Shown: positions 56,505 through 57,366 of the stretch, one piece after another
Numbering within the stretch: position 1 is the stretch's first letter
How the letters are laid out: each line of letters starts with the position of its first letter
Virus record (IMG/VR): IMGVR_UViG_3300025543_000028
Location: 1-57,366 of that record
Reading direction: 5' to 3' (one strand)
DNA from: a virus
Taxonomy: Duplodnaviria; Caudoviricetes
DNA: 57,366 nucleotides
Program-made: the position numbers and the translations under genes
The notes under the pieces: generated by a model
The model's input: the letters and a program-made list of their open reading frames with translations, nothing else
What the model was told of the DNA's origin: nothing
The model's database searches: none

Positions 56505-56532
56505 GGGGGTAGTTAATACTACCCCCTATATA
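56505..56532 (+). terminator. Hairpin, probable terminator after the SSB-like gene
   Basis: GGGGGTAGT-TAAT-ACTACCCCC, with only a weak T/A tail. Confidence 0.6.
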
Positions 56533-56534
56533 TT

Positions 56535-56933
56535 ATGAAGTTAAAACATATAGCAAAAGTAATTAAGTGTAAACTACACTTTGGTGATGTAGCCAGACTT
56601 AACCAAGACATTTGTAGATACGAAGATAAAACTGTCGAAGTAACTATAAAAGAATACAAACCTAAAAGAAGTAACCAATTGAATCAATACTATTGGGGAG
56701 TTGTTGTCAAGATTATATCCGATTATACAGGGTATACTAAAGAAGAAACACACGAGCTGTTAAAGCAAACTTTTCTAAAAAAGAAAATCCTTATAGATGA
56801 TGAATGGTACGACACTACGGAGAGTACTACTAAGATGAACAATAAAGAAATGTTAGAGTTCATTGATGAGGTTAAGATGTGGGCATCACAAACACTAAGC
56901 GTTTATATACCCGACCCACATGAAAAAGAATGA
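56535..56933 (+). CDS. NinB/Orf-like recombination protein
   Basis: KRS..LN.YYWG.V, HE.LK..FL and STTKM..KEM..FI..V..WA.....IPDP. Confidence 0.7.
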   Translation: MKLKHIAKVIKCKLHFGDVARLNQDICRYEDKTVEVTIKEYKPKRSNQLNQYYWGVVVKIISDYTGYTKEETHELLKQTFLKKKILIDDEWYDTTESTTKMNNKEMLEFIDEVKMWASQTLSVYIPDPHEKE

Positions 56934-57327
56934 AATATTTATACCATTTAATGTTAGTTCAAGTAAGAACAGCAAGCAATGGACAGGTAAATACCTGATT
57001 AACAGCAAGGCAACAAGAGAGTATATAAAGAAGAGCAAGAGCTATTACGTCGAACAGACTGAACGGTTTATCAAACTCACCAAAGACTTACCTAAACCCT
57101 TGCATATATCCTTCTATTTCATACGCAATAGCAGACGTAAGTTTGACTATATCAATCCAGCACAAACAGTACAAGACCTAATGGTTAAGTACGGGTGGAT
57201 TGAAGATGACGATGTATACAACTTAGTACCATACTTTCATGGATACCACGTTGATAAAGAAAACCCAGGAGTAATTATAAAAATACTAAAAGATGAACAA
57301 AACAATTTCAATAGCGGCAATAAGTAG
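56920..57327 (+). CDS. RusA-like Holliday junction resolvase
   Basis: S.KN, F.F.R.SRRKFDYIN..Q.VQD.M...G.IEDDD and PGV.I, the RusA acidic pattern. Confidence 0.7.
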   Translation: MKKNEIFIPFNVSSSKNSKQWTGKYLINSKATREYIKKSKSYYVEQTERFIKLTKDLPKPLHISFYFIRNSRRKFDYINPAQTVQDLMVKYGWIEDDDVYNLVPYFHGYHVDKENPGVIIKILKDEQNNFNSGNK

Positions 57328-57366
57328 ATTAAAATCTCTACTTAATTGGAGCGATAGAATAGGTAG
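57293..57366 (+). CDS. Start of a hypothetical ORF truncated by the window end
   Basis: ATG at 57293, translating MNKTISIAAISRLKSLLNWSDRIG and open to the edge. Confidence 0.4.
   Translation, partial: MNKTISIAAISRLKSLLNWSDRIG

Larger units (their letters stand above)
45580..57366 (+). mobile_element. Phage early/replication gene block, divergent from the late block
   Basis: Coding strand switches at ~45500. Small orphan ORFs are followed by GATase, amidoligase, DUF932, initiator, DnaB, HU, AAA ATPase, SSB-like, NinB-like and RusA-like genes. Confidence 0.88.

Noticed and set aside
1-57366. Stop-codon reassignment (TAG or TGA), known in some crAss-like phages
   Set aside because: Genes up to 13 kb are intact in code 11, TAG and TGA end genes at tight junctions, and no suppressor tRNA was seen.

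Overview
This window is a ~57 kb segment of an AT-rich crAss-like (Crassvirales-type) podophage, probably infecting a Bacteroidota host (possibly marine Flavobacteriia), read in standard genetic code 11. Positions 1-45449 form a minus-strand late/virion block. In transcription order (right to left) it encodes two small basic proteins, a putative small terminase, the large terminase, portal, a scaffold-like protein, major capsid protein, tail ring proteins, an IHF/HU-like protein and the tail muzzle/stabilisation protein. It continues with three cargo proteins (one with a GH73 glucosaminidase domain), a 4424-aa virion RNA polymerase (GADLDGD catalytic motif plus an HExxH zincin motif) and two adaptor-plus-fibre modules. 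The last fibre gene (2627 to <1) is missing from the supplied ORF track. From ~45580 the plus strand carries an early region with a repeated TAATCCTTCC promoter-like motif, small orphan ORFs, a cluster of structured-RNA-like elements (including two covarying H-type pseudoknots) and a class II glutamine amidotransferase plus amidoligase pair. A lambdoid-style replication/recombination module follows (DUF932, initiator, DnaB, HU, AAA ATPase, SSB-like, NinB-like, RusA-like). All family calls come from motif recognition and gene order by eye; no searches were run.
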